Shown here: positions 1-12,880 of the stretch, in pieces
Layout of the letters: each line of letters begins with the position of its first letter
Numbering within the stretch: position 1 is the stretch's first letter
Assembly: GCA_964188305.1 (NCBI GenBank)
Contig: OZ076889.1
Length of the DNA: 64,000 nucleotides
Origin: Podarcis bocagei
Taxonomy: Eukaryota
Direction: 5' to 3' (one strand)
Position numbers and translations under genes: made by a program
The notes under the pieces: model-generated
What the model was told of the DNA's origin: nothing
What the model saw: only the letters and a program-made list of their open reading frames with translations
The model's database searches: none

Positions 1-104
1 AGATACCAACAGCCAGTTTGTTCCACCCATCTGTGCATTTCTATACTAACAATGCTAGCAACAGGGGACACTTGTGGCCTAGTCTTCTGCTAATAGCAGC
101 CATC

Positions 105-318
105 GCAGCATGGTGGCTAAGAGAGAGAGTGACAAATCAGGATACCCTTGGTTCAAATCTTGCCTCTGCCATGGTCTCACCAGATGGCCTCTGGCTAGCC
201 ACTCTCTCTTAGCCTCAGACCCCCAACAATCTACAAAATGATAATACTGACAGACATTATACTGGGGCCGTTGTAAGGATTACTATTAGACAATACACGT
301 GAAGTGCTTTGACAACAC
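105..318 (+). mobile_element. tRNA-derived MIR/CORE-like SINE, degraded
   Basis: A-box-like TGGTGGCTAAG and B-box-like GGTTCAAATC, then a CORE-like body (ctctcttagcctcag...gttgtaaggatta) and a MIR-type tail gtgaagtgctttg. Confidence 0.7.
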
Positions 319-620
319 GCTTGCTAAAGGCCGAACTAGATAGACATGAGGTTGATGGCATGATTGAAATTAACATGTATTGTCTTAAAAAATAAAATAG
401 TTGCCAATTGAGAGACCTGAGGGACGGGGGCTGGTTACTCCCCCCCCCCCATACATTGGTCCTGATGAAACTTCTCCTCGCCCCCACAAACCACTATTTA
501 CTCCAGGAGGGAAGTTTCATTTGCTGTCACTTGAAGCTTCCTTTTCAAGGCAAGCAACAGCTTAAAAAGCAAGGGGAGGATTTCAGTGAGATCAGAGTAG
601 GGGGAAGGGTTAATCCTGAC

Positions 621-1078
621 TGTCAGGGGACTGCCACTGAAACAGGGGAGGGAGGCAGGAGGGATACAGAGAGCCTCCAAAACTCCTGAGGAGCAGTTCC
701 TCTTCCAGCGTGGGAAAAGCCATACCTCCAGTGGAGAAGAGGGGGAAGGGGCCAGACAAGCAAGGAAAGGGCTCAAGGCTGCTGTGGAGAGCCCCAGTGC
801 CTCACCTAGCCAGGCTGGCCAGGAGGGAGGCACGCCCCTTCCATCGCCCAGCTTGCGCAGAGGGGTGAAACGCAAGGAGGGGAGGAGGAGGCTTGGGGTG
901 CCAAAATTCTTATGTTGGGGAAGCAACCGGAAGGGGCCACTCCCGGATTCTGCAAGTGACTGAGACGGACATGAACTTGGTGGATCTGCACTGTAAATAG
1001 TTTGCACAATAAAACCTGTAAAAGCCAGGTTGGAGTCCTGCCTGATTACTCACGAGCAAACACCACCACCATCTGACA
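621..1078 (+). mobile_element. Solo LTR of an LTR retrotransposon (Gypsy- or ERV-like), 458 bp
   Basis: Starts TGTCAG and ends CTGACA (TG...CA, 6-bp inverted termini). Perfect 5-bp TSD CTGAC at 616-620 and 1079-1083. AATAAA near 1008, close to the 3' end. Confidence 0.8.
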
Positions 1079-1929
1079 CTGACAGTTCCCATCCTGATTA
1101 TTTCCCTCAACCACATGGCTACTATTTCTATTTTGTAAAATTAGGCATATTGATTGCAATCACTCTAGGAATGGCATGCCTAGTTTGGCCCCGATGGAGC
1201 CCTAGCTCAAGTAAAGCTGGTTCCCATATAGGGTCCCAGATTTGTTACTCCCCTTTCAAGTGCATTATTTAACAAACTGTATGCCCAGGTTGTCACCTTT
1301 AGTGTCTACTTTTCACTGCAACCTTAGATGGCTAGAAATGTAGCAGCTGGTTGGAGCCAAACAAAGTGTAAAGAAGAGACACACATTCTTAAAAACGTGT
1401 GTGTGTGTGTGTGTGACTCCTGAGCAAACAATAGCTCCCTATCACAATTTCACATGTGCTTAAGGAAGCATGTGTGCCTTTCACACTTCATGTCTGTGCT
1501 ACACAGGAAATACTATGTCCTTACAACAAATGCAGCTGCCATATAAAGTGTGGAGCGTCTCATACAAGGATCTCAGAAAGCTTAAGAAATAGACTAGAAG
1601 AAACCCCTCTAAATGCTTACACAATTGGTTGTGGGGGGGGATAACAAGGAATTGTTGCTGTCTCGCATCATTCAGAGAATCCCAGCACTGGGCCAATTTG
1701 TGTCATGCAAAAACATCATAGGAAATGGTGCCCCACCTGCTGTTTTCAGTCTCACCAGAAGTCTCACTATTCATCCTTGACTGAGCAACCCAAGAGGCTC
1801 AAGTAAGGCAAATGACAGGTAGGGGATCCAAAACAGATGGAAGGATCCACCTGTGCTTGCAGAGCCAAGGAAACTCAGTCAGGCCTTTGTGATGAATCTC
1901 CTCTGCTTCTTGTTTACTCCAACCCCTTC

Positions 1930-2280
1930 TCTGAACAACTGCCTGCCCAGCTGCATGTCAGGGCACTCCCTCTAATCCCTATTAATTTAAGCAATGCTGG
2001 GCTGCTGCTCGCCCCAAACTCTTTATTATTTATCAGGTTTGTTTATTTGTAGCTAACAGGTAGTGCTCAGCGTGGGCCCCCAGGACAGAGACAGGGGCCG
2101 TTAATCATATTGGCTCCCCCGCCATCCGCCATCCGTCAATTACTCCTGCTTCCTTTAATTAGTAATGAGGACTAATATCCCTGCCTCGCACACAGGCTGG
2201 AGTGGAACTCCCCTCCAGGGGAAGGAGAGAGTGAGGGCCAGGGGAGGATTCGAAATAAATAAGGGAAATGGGGCTCCTCT
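1930..2280. promoter_or_regulatory. Putative conserved non-coding enhancer-like block
   Basis: Repeat-free with retained CpGs and clustered homeodomain cores: TAATCC, ATTAAT, TTAATCA, CAATTA, TTTAATTAGTAATG. Inference only. Confidence 0.4.
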
Positions 2281-5200
2281 TTTTCAAGCAGCCACTAAGC
2301 CCCAGGCTCCTGTCACTCCTGGAGAAACAAGCAGCCCCCAAGGCCCTTATTTATCACCCACTTGAGAGTGCCTACTGCAAAAGGCAAGCAGGAATTATTT
2401 TTCCAAGCAGCAGACCCCTCTCCAGTTGATGCAGAGTGAGGAACAAGACAAGCAGCCTCAGTCACAGAGGTATGCAAAGAAGATCAGCAGGCCAAGGTTC
2501 TGCTCACACACAGAGGGCTTTCAAAATGAACCTGAGGGCAAGAAAGCTGGATGGGGCCCAAGCTCTGAAATGTTGGCCATCCAGAACTATAGTCCTAGAA
2601 AGCAAATACATTTTCTGGTGCCCCTCAATTCTGACCCAAATCTCTGTGTGTGTGTGTGTTTCACCAGTAAGCCTCACTCTAATTCATCCCAGACCCAGCC
2701 TCTGTGTCCAGTCTTTTAGTTGCCCACCAGTTCTAATTCCATGAATCCCTTGCAAGTCCAACCACACCCCTTGCTCAAAAATTTAATGCCCCACAGTTCT
2801 GATTCATGCTTCCAGCCCCAAATTATCTTCTTCACAGTTTAGATTAGCTATAATTTCCATGCACAACCTGCTATCCAATACAAACATCAGGGAAAAGTGT
2901 CTGAGCACCCCTAGCCTTGAAGCCCAAACAAGGAGTGCCCCAGAGTAAAAGGAGGAATGAATTTTACAGGTCTATTTTTCTGACTCCCTCCTTACAAGAT
3001 CACATTAGACATTTCCTCTTATTGGCATGGAATGGTATCCTCCTATATGTTTCTTTTCTGAAGAATCCAAGTCTAGACAGAATAACATTGGAGGAGGGGA
3101 GAGAGGAGTGACTGAGAAAGTCCAACACTAGATTAGAGATTGAAACTATTTACAGAACAGCTGCCACATCCAATTGTTCTTCCTGTGAGCTCCCAAAAGG
3201 TAGTGGAGGAAGAAAGTTAAGTCAAATGGTCATTAAAGCTGGCTGTTGTGGGGAGTCTTGTGTGTGAGTAGGTTTACCCAATGCCTCAGGCAGCATAGGA
3301 TACAAATTATGCCCTTGTGATTTATTGACTGGGGAAGTTTTTACACTGCAGCCCATTAAAACAGATGGCTCTGTTTACAGCTTGGGCTTCATGCCGTAGA
3401 AACCTACACTGACTGGATGTTAAGCTTATGATGACTCTGCAGGTGGACATCTCATTAAACATATCTGTATGCACTGTGCTCAAGATCCAAGCTTCATGAG
3501 CCCTTAGGGAGGTTTTTAATGAGTTTAATAAGTGAGATAGGTTATCAACTGTTCAGGCCTCTTGGCTCAATGGATCTGTAGGAGAACATACATAAAACTC
3601 TACAAATCAGAGCTATGTAGTGGTAGCTGTTACCACTTGAACACTAAGGTAGGGTCAACAATGGCCAGACCAGGCCCATTTTTCCCCTCCAAGTTTCAAG
3701 GGATTAAGGAGCCTATGTGACTACTTTCTTAATTTTTCAAATTCTTCTCACACTTGAAGGGCTCTGGGTTTGACATGGAGACTACTGTGGTTTCTCCAAA
3801 GAGTAAAAAATCTGAAAGAAAGTTGCTTGTGCCATAAGGCAGTTGGGGGTCAGAGGTTTGACTGCCAGGAGAGTGGAGAGTGCTTGTCCTAACTCAGAAG
3901 CTGCAGGGCTAGTCTGGTCTGAGGCTGCCCAAGGATGAGGGAATATCCATGCTTCCAGACCCTCAGGATTTTACAGTGCCTTGGATCCAGAGATCCCATT
4001 CAAACATGTGGTCAATTACCCAACACCCACATCTACAGTTGCCTGAACTTGTTGAAAAGCTACTGTGGTGGCTAACCCATTAAATCACTTTTCATGGAGG
4101 GCTGCAGCTACTCTGTGGTGGTAACTGATGGAGGCAATGTGTGTGCGTGCACAGTATCAATGCAAAAATTCCTGCAGCCATGCAGCTCCACTAGGTACCA
4201 CTGCTGTTGCTGCCACTACTTGAGGGTGAAACAAATGCTCCCTTCTCTGATCACAGAACCAGGCCCCATGTGGGGAGAAAATAGTTGGGAGGGAGTATGC
4301 TGGAAAGCAGAGCAGACAAGTGCAGGTGGGAGCGCTCAAGATGGTAAAACAAACTTTTCTTAATTAATTCAAACTTTCTAGTCCAACATATTTATGAAAC
4401 CCTCTTTGCAAGGTAATGTTGACAACTGTACAAATCCTTCTGGGCATGGAATAAACTACTTGTGTAGGCCACGATAGCCAGCTATTCCCCTCTAAATTGT
4501 CTGGGTGGAAGTATGGGATGGGAAGGAAGAAACAGGCAGAGTTGGCATTTTCACCACTAATTCTCTCCTAAACAGGCTGCATCTCTCAGAAATGAAATTT
4601 TGTAGGCGATTAGCTCACAATGTGAACTTAATCGCTTTGGGTATTTAAAAAGCCCCATTAAATTAAATGGCCAAGATATTGAGGTTTAAGCAGTGGCTGC
4701 GTCCAATGCACAGTAACTCCCAAGCTCATTACCAGCATTGCCAATTTTGCAGTTGGAATTACAGACCCATGAGAGGCTGAGCTATTTAATGCCCATTCAC
4801 AGAACACAGCACAACAGAGCTTTTTGGGGGGGTGAAATGGCTGCAATAACACAAAGCTTGTGGCAAAAAGGGCTAATGTGACATTCATGTGTAAATAGGG
4901 ATGAATTGAACATGCCATTGGGGGGGGGGGAGATAGCTACCAGATACCACACACAAATCAGAGTTCCTAAACCAGGGTGAAAAGGAAAAATAAAGTGGCA
5001 GCGGCACAAATGCCATTTTGGCAATATATATATGGAATGGGAAGTTGATACACATGGCAGCTTAGTGATCAGTCTAAACATAGTGAAAGAATACTGTTGT
5101 GCATGTTATGCATATGTTTGCTGTCTGTCCACTAGTGCCTATCCATTAGGAACGGATGGGGATACTCCCACTTCCCAAATCAAAGAAATTCAAGTTTGCA

Positions 5201-6129
5201 ACTAACTTTTAACATTCACACAATATGTTCCTTGAGGCCAAGAAATAACCAAACACAAGACACATTTGTGATCTTGCATGTGACACTGTAGGACACAGCA
5301 GCAGCGAGGCCCACAGGAGAGCTGGCACAAAACCAAACAGATTGTTGTTTAATTCCAGCTTTGAGGAAGAAATAGTTGAATGACTGAAGAGGCTGGGCTC
5401 TGCTTTACATTCCTCTCTGTAACATTATTGAGCTGTAAGTGATTGCAATTTTACCTGACATTGTTCATTTAAATTATTTACACTCCTCAAGTGTAGATAT
5501 GCAACTTTTCTTGAAATGCCTTGCGAGGGGAGACTGGGACAACAGCTTTAAAATTACTTGCATCTATCACTCAATCGCTTTCAAGTTGCACACACCACTC
5601 CGGACTTAATGACATCATTTCTGCAGTCACAAATCTGTCACTGATTTTGGTTTAAAGCCAACAGGATTCCCCGTCTGAGAACTGAAATTACCAGGCTTCT
5701 CAATGATGGAAGAACCTCATCACTCAAACTACACTCTTCCTGCAAGTTGTGAAAAGCGTGGTTTCCTCTCTCTCTTGTGGCACGAAACATGTTGCATTGT
5801 AAATGCTATGGAATACAGAATGGACAAATGAAGCAACCCAATCCCTCATTCTAATTCTATACTGAGTACAGCCAATATTTGCCAGAGGATGGGGTCAAGT
5901 AAGGAATAAGATAAGACAAGAGAATCCAGAAATCAACATGGCTTATTATCCTTTAAAGAATCTCGGATTCCCATATTGCCTTCCCCCCAACATTAACATA
6001 GGAATTAATTCCAGTGGGTCAGTGGCTAGGGAGAGGGAGAGGGAGAGAAAATCTACACTATTAACCTTCTGTGGCTACCCACACCAAAAGAGCAACTGCA
6101 TCAAATAATTTGCATGAGCTTGCCTGCGC

Positions 6130-6279
6130 ATAAGGTTAGCTTTAGAGGCCCAGCTCCTAGTCCATCTTTACTGAATATTGGATTGATGAGTACTACAGAC
6201 AGTGCTTTTTCAGTGGTGGTACCACAGATATTCTCTGCCTGGGAACAATCACCCTCTCTTTACATTCATGAAATAGGCC

Positions 6280-6319
<40 letters not shown>

Positions 6320-6490
6320 GGCAGGCATTTTCTATTTGATCTTTGCAGTTCTAAGAAAAGAATGGTTTTAAGCTCGATGGTTTTATTGTGGTATTTTTAG
6401 TCTCATTTTATTATTTCCGATAGTTTATCTTTTTATACTGAAAGCAACTTTGATTAAATCGGTGAAAAGCTGAACAGAAATAACTTTACA
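6130..6490 (+). mobile_element. Degraded L2 LINE 3' fragment containing a (TTA)n microsatellite
   Basis: L2-like gctttttcagtggtggtacc motif followed by a T-rich 3' UTR and tail. Confidence 0.45.
6280..6319. repeat. (TTA)n microsatellite
   Basis: Directly visible; it produces the poly-Leu in ORF 6114..6371. Confidence 0.97.
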
Positions 6491-8724
6491 TACATGCAAA
6501 CTAATGAGCCACCAAACCCTTTCGGAAAGCCGAAGAAATGAGTGCAGTGCTGGTACAATTAACTCAAGCAGTCACGAATCTTTGCTTCTGCCATTGATTT
6601 CGATTCAACTCCAATTTTATGCTTTGACCTTCTCCCCACAGCCCTTGCTCCCAAACCAACAAACAAATCTTATGCAGTTTTCTGTCTGAGAACAACTATA
6701 AGAAATCCCAGTGAACAATAAGAGCACCTAGGGAGAAGAGCACCCCTCTGGCTTTGGTTTGTTTTAAGCCCTCAGGTTTCTATGTAGAAGCCTTTTGGCT
6801 GAGTGGTGATGCAAAATGAATATTGTGAGCTCCAGTATGGCTTCCTCTGCTTCCAGGAAGATATTATTCTGATGAAAGTAATATACAATTCAACTTTAGC
6901 AGCGAAATAGCCCCTAACAGAATTTGTATCTACAAAAGCTCATGCAAGTTATGGTTTCAAATGATGATCCAAGAAGGAAGATGAAAAGGCAAAACAGTCT
7001 ATTTGTCTAACCACAGACTTCTTCACTGCCGATCCTTGGCCAAACAAGTGGATCAGAATGATTCCAAAATGCAGCCCGATGCACAGAAGCCTTTTTCTTC
7101 AACTGCCAGAAAATGGTTAGCAATGGAAGGCCATTTAAAGTAAACACAGGGTCTCTTCCAACAAGCCTGACTGATTCAAGATCGGCAAGAGGTGCCTGTG
7201 TGCCCAAGCATAACCAATCAGGGTTCAGGACAGGGCTGGCCTTCACTGTACCATTTTCCAGATGTAAAGCAAAGGGGCGTTCCTAATGGTTTATAATTGT
7301 GTTGGAAAGATTTTGCTTGTCCCTTGAGTGGGAAAGGTCATGAACCATAGCTACTGCCCAACTGCTAAGTAATGGTTGTTTTTAATCTAAATTGTACAGA
7401 TAACAAAGCTGGATTCCATCCAAGACTGTTCATTACTATTCCATTCATCATGTGACAACCAATGCTGCAATATCTGCCAGGAAGGGGAAGAAAAATAATA
7501 GCAGTGTTGTGGGGCTGCTGTCAAACACAACCAGCCTAAGCAACAGGTATGAGTGCCTGAGGAATGGGAGAAGGCCATTGGGCAACAACTTCCTGTTAAC
7601 ATACTGAAACATGAAATCAAACTTTCAGTTCATAGGCAAAGGGTAGGCATATAGTCCAAATAAAAACAGGTAGTACTGGGTCCTGATCAAACTAGGTAGT
7701 ACTATTCTCTGGAGTCCATTCACTCTCCACAACACATGCATTGTGACAGATCCACCAAACTTAGGAGAGGACTAAGAGTTGAAATTTTCTACACCAGTCC
7801 TCAATGCTCTGTCCTGAATAGCATGCCTAGCAATGGTGCCTGCCAGTCCCCTCCTTTCTTCTTTCCCACTACTTAATGGAATATGAACCAATCATTCAGA
7901 AGGAATTACACCATCAGGGTGTAATGCACTAATGGGTAAGAGAACAGATTAGGGCACCACTTATGTTACATCCCCATCGAGGTGGAGCAATGGGTTGGAT
8001 CTCCTGGAATAATATTACAAGAGGCAGAGATGGAAGGCCTTCACCCCGCAGAGTTTTGTTTCTGTTCAGCAGCAATTTACCATGTGAAGGGACTGGATAT
8101 TTATAATTATGCTCAGAGTGGCCACTTTGAAAAATCTATATGTCTCTAGGCTCTGCGTACATCACCATGTCAGCTCTCTGAACAGAGGCATCCATCAGCT
8201 ACCACGCATCACAGATCTTGGAGAGCACTTGAGAAATGCTTAGTGAGGCCTGTGTCCCACCATCCTGGCTGAGAAGGCATTCTGGTCCAAAGCAGCCACC
8301 TTAGCCTGGGCCAATAAAGTAGGGCATTGCAGCCACACCACCACCAAAGAATAAGACTCAGTAATTGGAGCCTTGGTTTTATCCAGGAAGTGATGTCAGC
8401 ATCACAGGATTTTAGTCTTAGCATCTATGAAGTTAGCAGAATCTTGTTTTGTGCTTTCTCCAATCATACTAGGTATACTGGCAGAAATATGGAGTCAAGA
8501 TGTACAATGATGGAGGGGGAAATCACTCAAACTGACAAAGATGAGATACAGAAAATCATGTCCACATCTATTTATCCATCCATCGAGAGGCAAAAGCAGG
8601 TGCAAGGGGACTTTTGGATGACATCACACTGGCAGGATCCTTCCAAATACTTTTCATAATTCCGCCTCCCCCAAGCAACTCTCATCATAAAGGTGAAGAC
8701 ATCAAGGTCCAATGGAACTTCTTG

Positions 8725-8850
8725 AGAATGTAAGAATCGTCCTGCTGGCTCAGTCTAGAGGCCCATCTTGTCCAACCTGTTATCACAGTGGCCAGCCAGC
8801 TGCCTTGGGGAAGCTTGCAAGCAGGACATCAGTGCAACAGCACTCTTGAT
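8725..8850 (-). mobile_element. CR1-type LINE 3' tail fragment
   Basis: agaatgtaagaatcgtcctgctggctcag...ggcccatcttgtcc...cacagtggccagccag; similar to the copy at 18220-18370. Confidence 0.55.
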
Positions 8851-9059
8851 GGCACTCAAAGAACAATGACCTCCATCCCTTTTATTTAAATCATGTGTTT
8901 TTCCCAGGATGTGGGTGAATATGCTCTAACTAACCTGCCACGCTTCTGCGAAGAGTGAAGAAGAGCTGTTATCAGGAACAGAGAGGGCTGGAAGCGGACG
9001 CACCATGCTTCCTTCCCTAACACTCTGCCCAGGCTGTTCTTAAAAATTTATTACTCTGT

Positions 9060-9380
9060 TGCAACATGAAAAATAAGACAGAGAAGCAATCATTAGTATA
9101 ACTATAACTCCCCGTGCAATAGTCACACTTGTAAATTGAGATTTATGATTGCAGCTGCCGATATTTTAGAGCAGGGTGCCTGCGCCGGCATCAGCAAAGC
9201 CCTGCTGCTCGCTGCCCCGGCGCTGTTACAGTTTATCACAATCTGCAGAGATTATTGCAATGAATAATACAGAACAGGCTGGCAGTGAAGAACTATTCCC
9301 GATCAAACGCTTCTGTAAACAACTGAATAAATAATATTTCTCATCCCCTCTTTGAAGCCCTTGCGGGCCTGGGGAGATCA
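9060..9380. promoter_or_regulatory. Putative conserved non-coding enhancer-like block
   Basis: Repeat-free with retained CpGs. Contains AGATTTATGA (Pbx-Hox-like), CATTAG, GTAAACA (forkhead) and GATCAAA. Inference only. Confidence 0.4.
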
Positions 9381-10701
9381 CTCATTGCACAGTAGAAGAG
9401 CTAAGGGCTTGGGGAGTGTGTGTGTGTGGGGGGGAGATGGTCATTAGATTAAATGCAACACCAGGCATGCGGTGGAAGCTCTATGAAGACCAAGCTCTAT
9501 CAGTCACAGCTCGCAAAACCTCCACTTGTTTACGGAGGAGCAGCCGCCAGTGAAGAAGGGGCATGACGAAGACTGTATCACAAGTCTGTGGCAGAGAACA
9601 GATTGAATACCCAGTCTTCTGAAATCTAGCCCAGTGAAACTGAGAAATAATCAGCTAGGATTGAGCCAAGTATTATTTCTATACTTGTCTATGATTGTCT
9701 AAGTAAATGAAAAGATCACATTGAAAGACAACAGAGAAAGAGGCAGACAAGAGAAGGAGGAATTTGCTCACAGGCAGGTTCAGGAGCAGGTGCAAGTATG
9801 ATGAAACGACATCCCCCGAGACACACCAGGGCTGCTTCTCAGGCCATGTAGAGTTTGAGGGTATGCAGGGAGGCCAGACTCTCCGCATGCATAAATGTCA
9901 ATAAGTAATGTAACATGATGAGGATTATGTGCCAACAACTGCAAAAAGGGCATATCTTGCAGGATGTTAAAGGATAAAGTTCACCTCTGGAACAGCCTTC
10001 AATTTTTTTCACTGCTACAGCAGAGCCATTCCTGTCTCTCTTTAACCTGTTCTGTGTGGTTTCAATGTTCAGCATGACAGCTCAAGTATTGGGGAGCCAA
10101 AGGGACGTTAGGCCAGAGCTTTCTATTTTGACACCTTTTTTCGTCATCTACTACTGAATCATTTAAAGAAAGGCACCCCATTCAATTTTTTAGTCATCCC
10201 AGTCTAGGAGACTGGATGGAAATATGGCATACATGTTCATAATATTCATAGTTAACAAGGGAACATGGAACAGGAACCAAAGGTTTATTCTAGGACATGA
10301 GCACACAGCTTCTGTGGGGGGCAGGGCTGAAACCCCTGCACCACCATTTTACCTTATAGAAAACAGGCAGTTTTAGTGCTGCATGCAAAGGTCTTATGGT
10401 GAGAGTGGGAATGGGAGAAACCAAGTCACATTATTTAACTAATTGCTGTAGGATAGCTAATTTCATTAATAGTGATGAAAAATGAAACAGCTTTGCAAAA
10501 TGCACTTGAATGTCTGGTGCCCCTAAGATGGTGTGAGAGAAAAGGAAGCACAAGAGAGAGATGCACACCAGTAGAGCAGAGCAACTCCCAAGGGAAGTTC
10601 TGCCTCATTCAGGCTTAGAAAGACAAAACAATCCTCCAAGGTCATGAAGGTAAGAGGCAAGGATTCATCTGATTCTTTGGGCCTTGGCTGTTAGCTTAGA
10701 G

Positions 10702-11188
10702 CAGTGTTTCCCAACCTTTTTTGGGCAAAGGCACACTTGTTTGATGAAAAAAATCTCGAGGCACACCACCATTACAGCCCCGTGACGTCAGCGCGCAGCG
10801 TCACGCCGGGAGGGACGCACGAAAGTGTAAGTTTCAATTTTTTTTCCTCCCCCTTGCCGGGGAACCTCCAAGCTTTGGGGGTGGGGGGGGGAGGAGGCAG
10901 CAAAGCGAGGCAGGAAGGAGAGCGCGGCTTGGCTGGGTGAGCTTTGGCAGGGGCAGGGAATGAGAGCCGCGAGGCGGGCGCTGCGGACGGAGGCGCTGCC
11001 CGCCGAGCTCGCAGGCAGCCAGGCAGGCAGACGGCGAGAGCCCCGCGCTGGGCGGCCTCTCCTCGCCGCCGCCGCCCCGCCTCTCGCCGCCCGACTCGCC
11101 CGCCTCCCTCCAAGCAACATCTCGCGGCACACCAGGCAACATCTCGCGGCACACTAGTGTGCCGCGGAACAGTGGTTGGGAAACACTG
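10702..11188. mobile_element. Non-autonomous hAT DNA transposon (MITE), 487 bp, young
   Basis: Perfect 15-bp TIRs CAGTGTTTCCCAACC / GGTTGGGAAACACTG. Perfect 8-bp TSD GCTTAGAG at 10694-10701 and 11189-11196. Subterminal GGCACAC repeats and a CpG-rich interior. Confidence 0.93.
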
Positions 11189-11644
11189 GCTTAGAGGGCT
11201 TGTCTGTATGGATTGCTCTAACTTCCTCTCTACCTCCAGAAAAAAAGTGAAGAGGAATACCTTTTTATAAAGTTTCTCAACAGTTCTGACTTACACCTCT
11301 ATTCAGATTGCTGCCGCCCTTATTCTCACTGTCTTCTGGCTCTCCTTTACTCATTTTTCTTCCTATCTTACTTGAGAAAGACACCCCAGCTATATTCTGA
11401 ACTTGTGCTTATCTTCTCCTTGGACCACCATTGAGGTTGTTCCAAATTCTGTCTTTCCCAGGGTCTTAGGATCACTTTACATTACACTGATGTTTCACCA
11501 TACAGTCCAACAGCTTGTTTCCGATGGCTGAGACAATGGATTTAAATGTTCATGCCAGAGAAACATATTTATAGTATCAACTGCTTAGACCACCATTTCC
11601 ATCCCATTGCCACAGTGAGTTCCAAAATGATGATTCCATAGCCG

Positions 11645-11747
11645 GTGGAGTCAACTAACTTCTACTCAGAGTAGACCCATTGAGATAAATGACCATGACT
11701 TAACCTAAGTGGGGTCTACGCTGAGTAAAAGTTAGTTGAATACAGCC
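11645..11747. mobile_element. Short palindromic MITE-like element
   Basis: Inverted arms 11651-11678 and 11712-11739 match at 26/28 positions (tcaactaacttctactcagagtagaccc). Confidence 0.7.
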
Positions 11748-12046
11748 TTGTGTATAGAATTTAGAAGGATATCTTATTAATATTATCTCTCATCCCAATT
11801 GACTACTAATATTTCATAGATCCCCTTAGGAAATGCTGTGGCACCAAGTCTGGAAGCAGATACAGATTGCAGTTCCTGTTCTTGCATGGTCTGTATTGGC
11901 CCTAGATGTGAACCATACACAGTATGGGCCTTATTCCTTTCTGAGTTTTAGCCAAGTCTTTGGTTATGTTCTTTCTCAACCATCCCACCAAGAACTAACA
12001 GAGATAATTACTAAAGTCCTGTATATTTGCTGGGCACTTACAACTA

Positions 12047-12269
12047 CAGTGGTACCTCGGGTTACAGATGCTTAAGGTTACAGACTCCGCTAACCTAGAA
12101 ATAGTACCTTGGGTTAAGAACTTTGCTTTAGAATGAGAACAGAAATTGTGCGCTGGCAGCGTGGCGGCAGCAGGAGGCCCCATTAGCTAAAGTGGTACCT
12201 CAGGTTAACAGTTTCAGGTTAAGAACGGACCTCCAGAATGAATTAAGTTCTTAACCCGAGGTACTGCTG
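12047..12269. mobile_element. Tc1/mariner (Tigger/pogo-like) MITE, copy 1
   Basis: TA TSD on both sides; TIR CAGTGGTACCTCGGGTTA ... TAACCCGAGGTACTGCTG; closely similar copy at 45973-46196. Confidence 0.9.
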
Positions 12270-12429
12270 TACTTGGAAAGGTGTCAACAAATGAATGGCA
12301 AAAGTCTGGCTCCTGGGAAGACATTCTCCACTACAGAGACACCAGTAAATAATGCACAATTTTCTGAGGCTGGCCAAACTCCCAAATACCCCAGCTTTTG
12401 TGAGGCCAGGAATAACTTCACTTTGCATT

Positions 12430-12880
12430 CTGAATGCGAGCCAATCATTCCACTTTCCTCAAAGGGCCCCGGTGGGACAAGGGCCCAGTCTCAGCGGAGA
12501 GAGGTGGTGAGTCTGTGCTCTATGAGCAGGAATCGGTTCCAATTAATCCCCTCTCAGCTTGGCCTGCCCGCTTCATTACCTCCCCTTGATGAGAACCATC
12601 AGTGGGGCCTGTATGATTTTGCTAATTAGCCTCACTTCGTTTATCATTTCCATTTTCTCTCAGCGACGCACGGCTTGCTGGGCGACAGCTTCATCTCCTG
12701 CTGAAACAATGCGGCCCCTTCTGTGCCTGTCTCACTTAGCGCTGTCACTGCAGCCATTATGAAATTGGGGTTTCATTTACACACTAATTAAACATTACAG
12801 CTTGTTCACAATTACAACACGGGGATGAGGAGGTAACTAATTACTTAAGAAATGAGCTAACATTTATCTCCAATTCTCTT
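12430..12880. promoter_or_regulatory. Putative conserved non-coding enhancer-like block
   Basis: Dense TAAT/ATTA cores (CAATTAATCC, GCTAATTAGC, CTAATTAAAC, CAATTAC, CTAATTAC), CTGTCA, retained CpGs and no repeats. Inference only. Confidence 0.5.

Noticed and set aside
498-1007. Longest ORF (169 aa, minus strand)
   Set aside because: It lies mostly within the solo LTR, is low-complexity Pro/Ser/Leu and has no recognisable domain.
4919-4930. Poly-G and poly-C runs as functional G-quadruplex elements
   Set aside because: Such homopolymers are scattered through the window (for example near 16768, 17996, 24430, 25565 and 32737) with no pattern.
10704-11270. Cluster of GC-rich ORFs and an apparent CpG-island promoter or first exon
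   Set aside because: The GC-rich sequence lies inside a TIR- and TSD-bounded hAT MITE. The ORFs are Ala/Arg/Pro-rich by composition and overlap in several frames.
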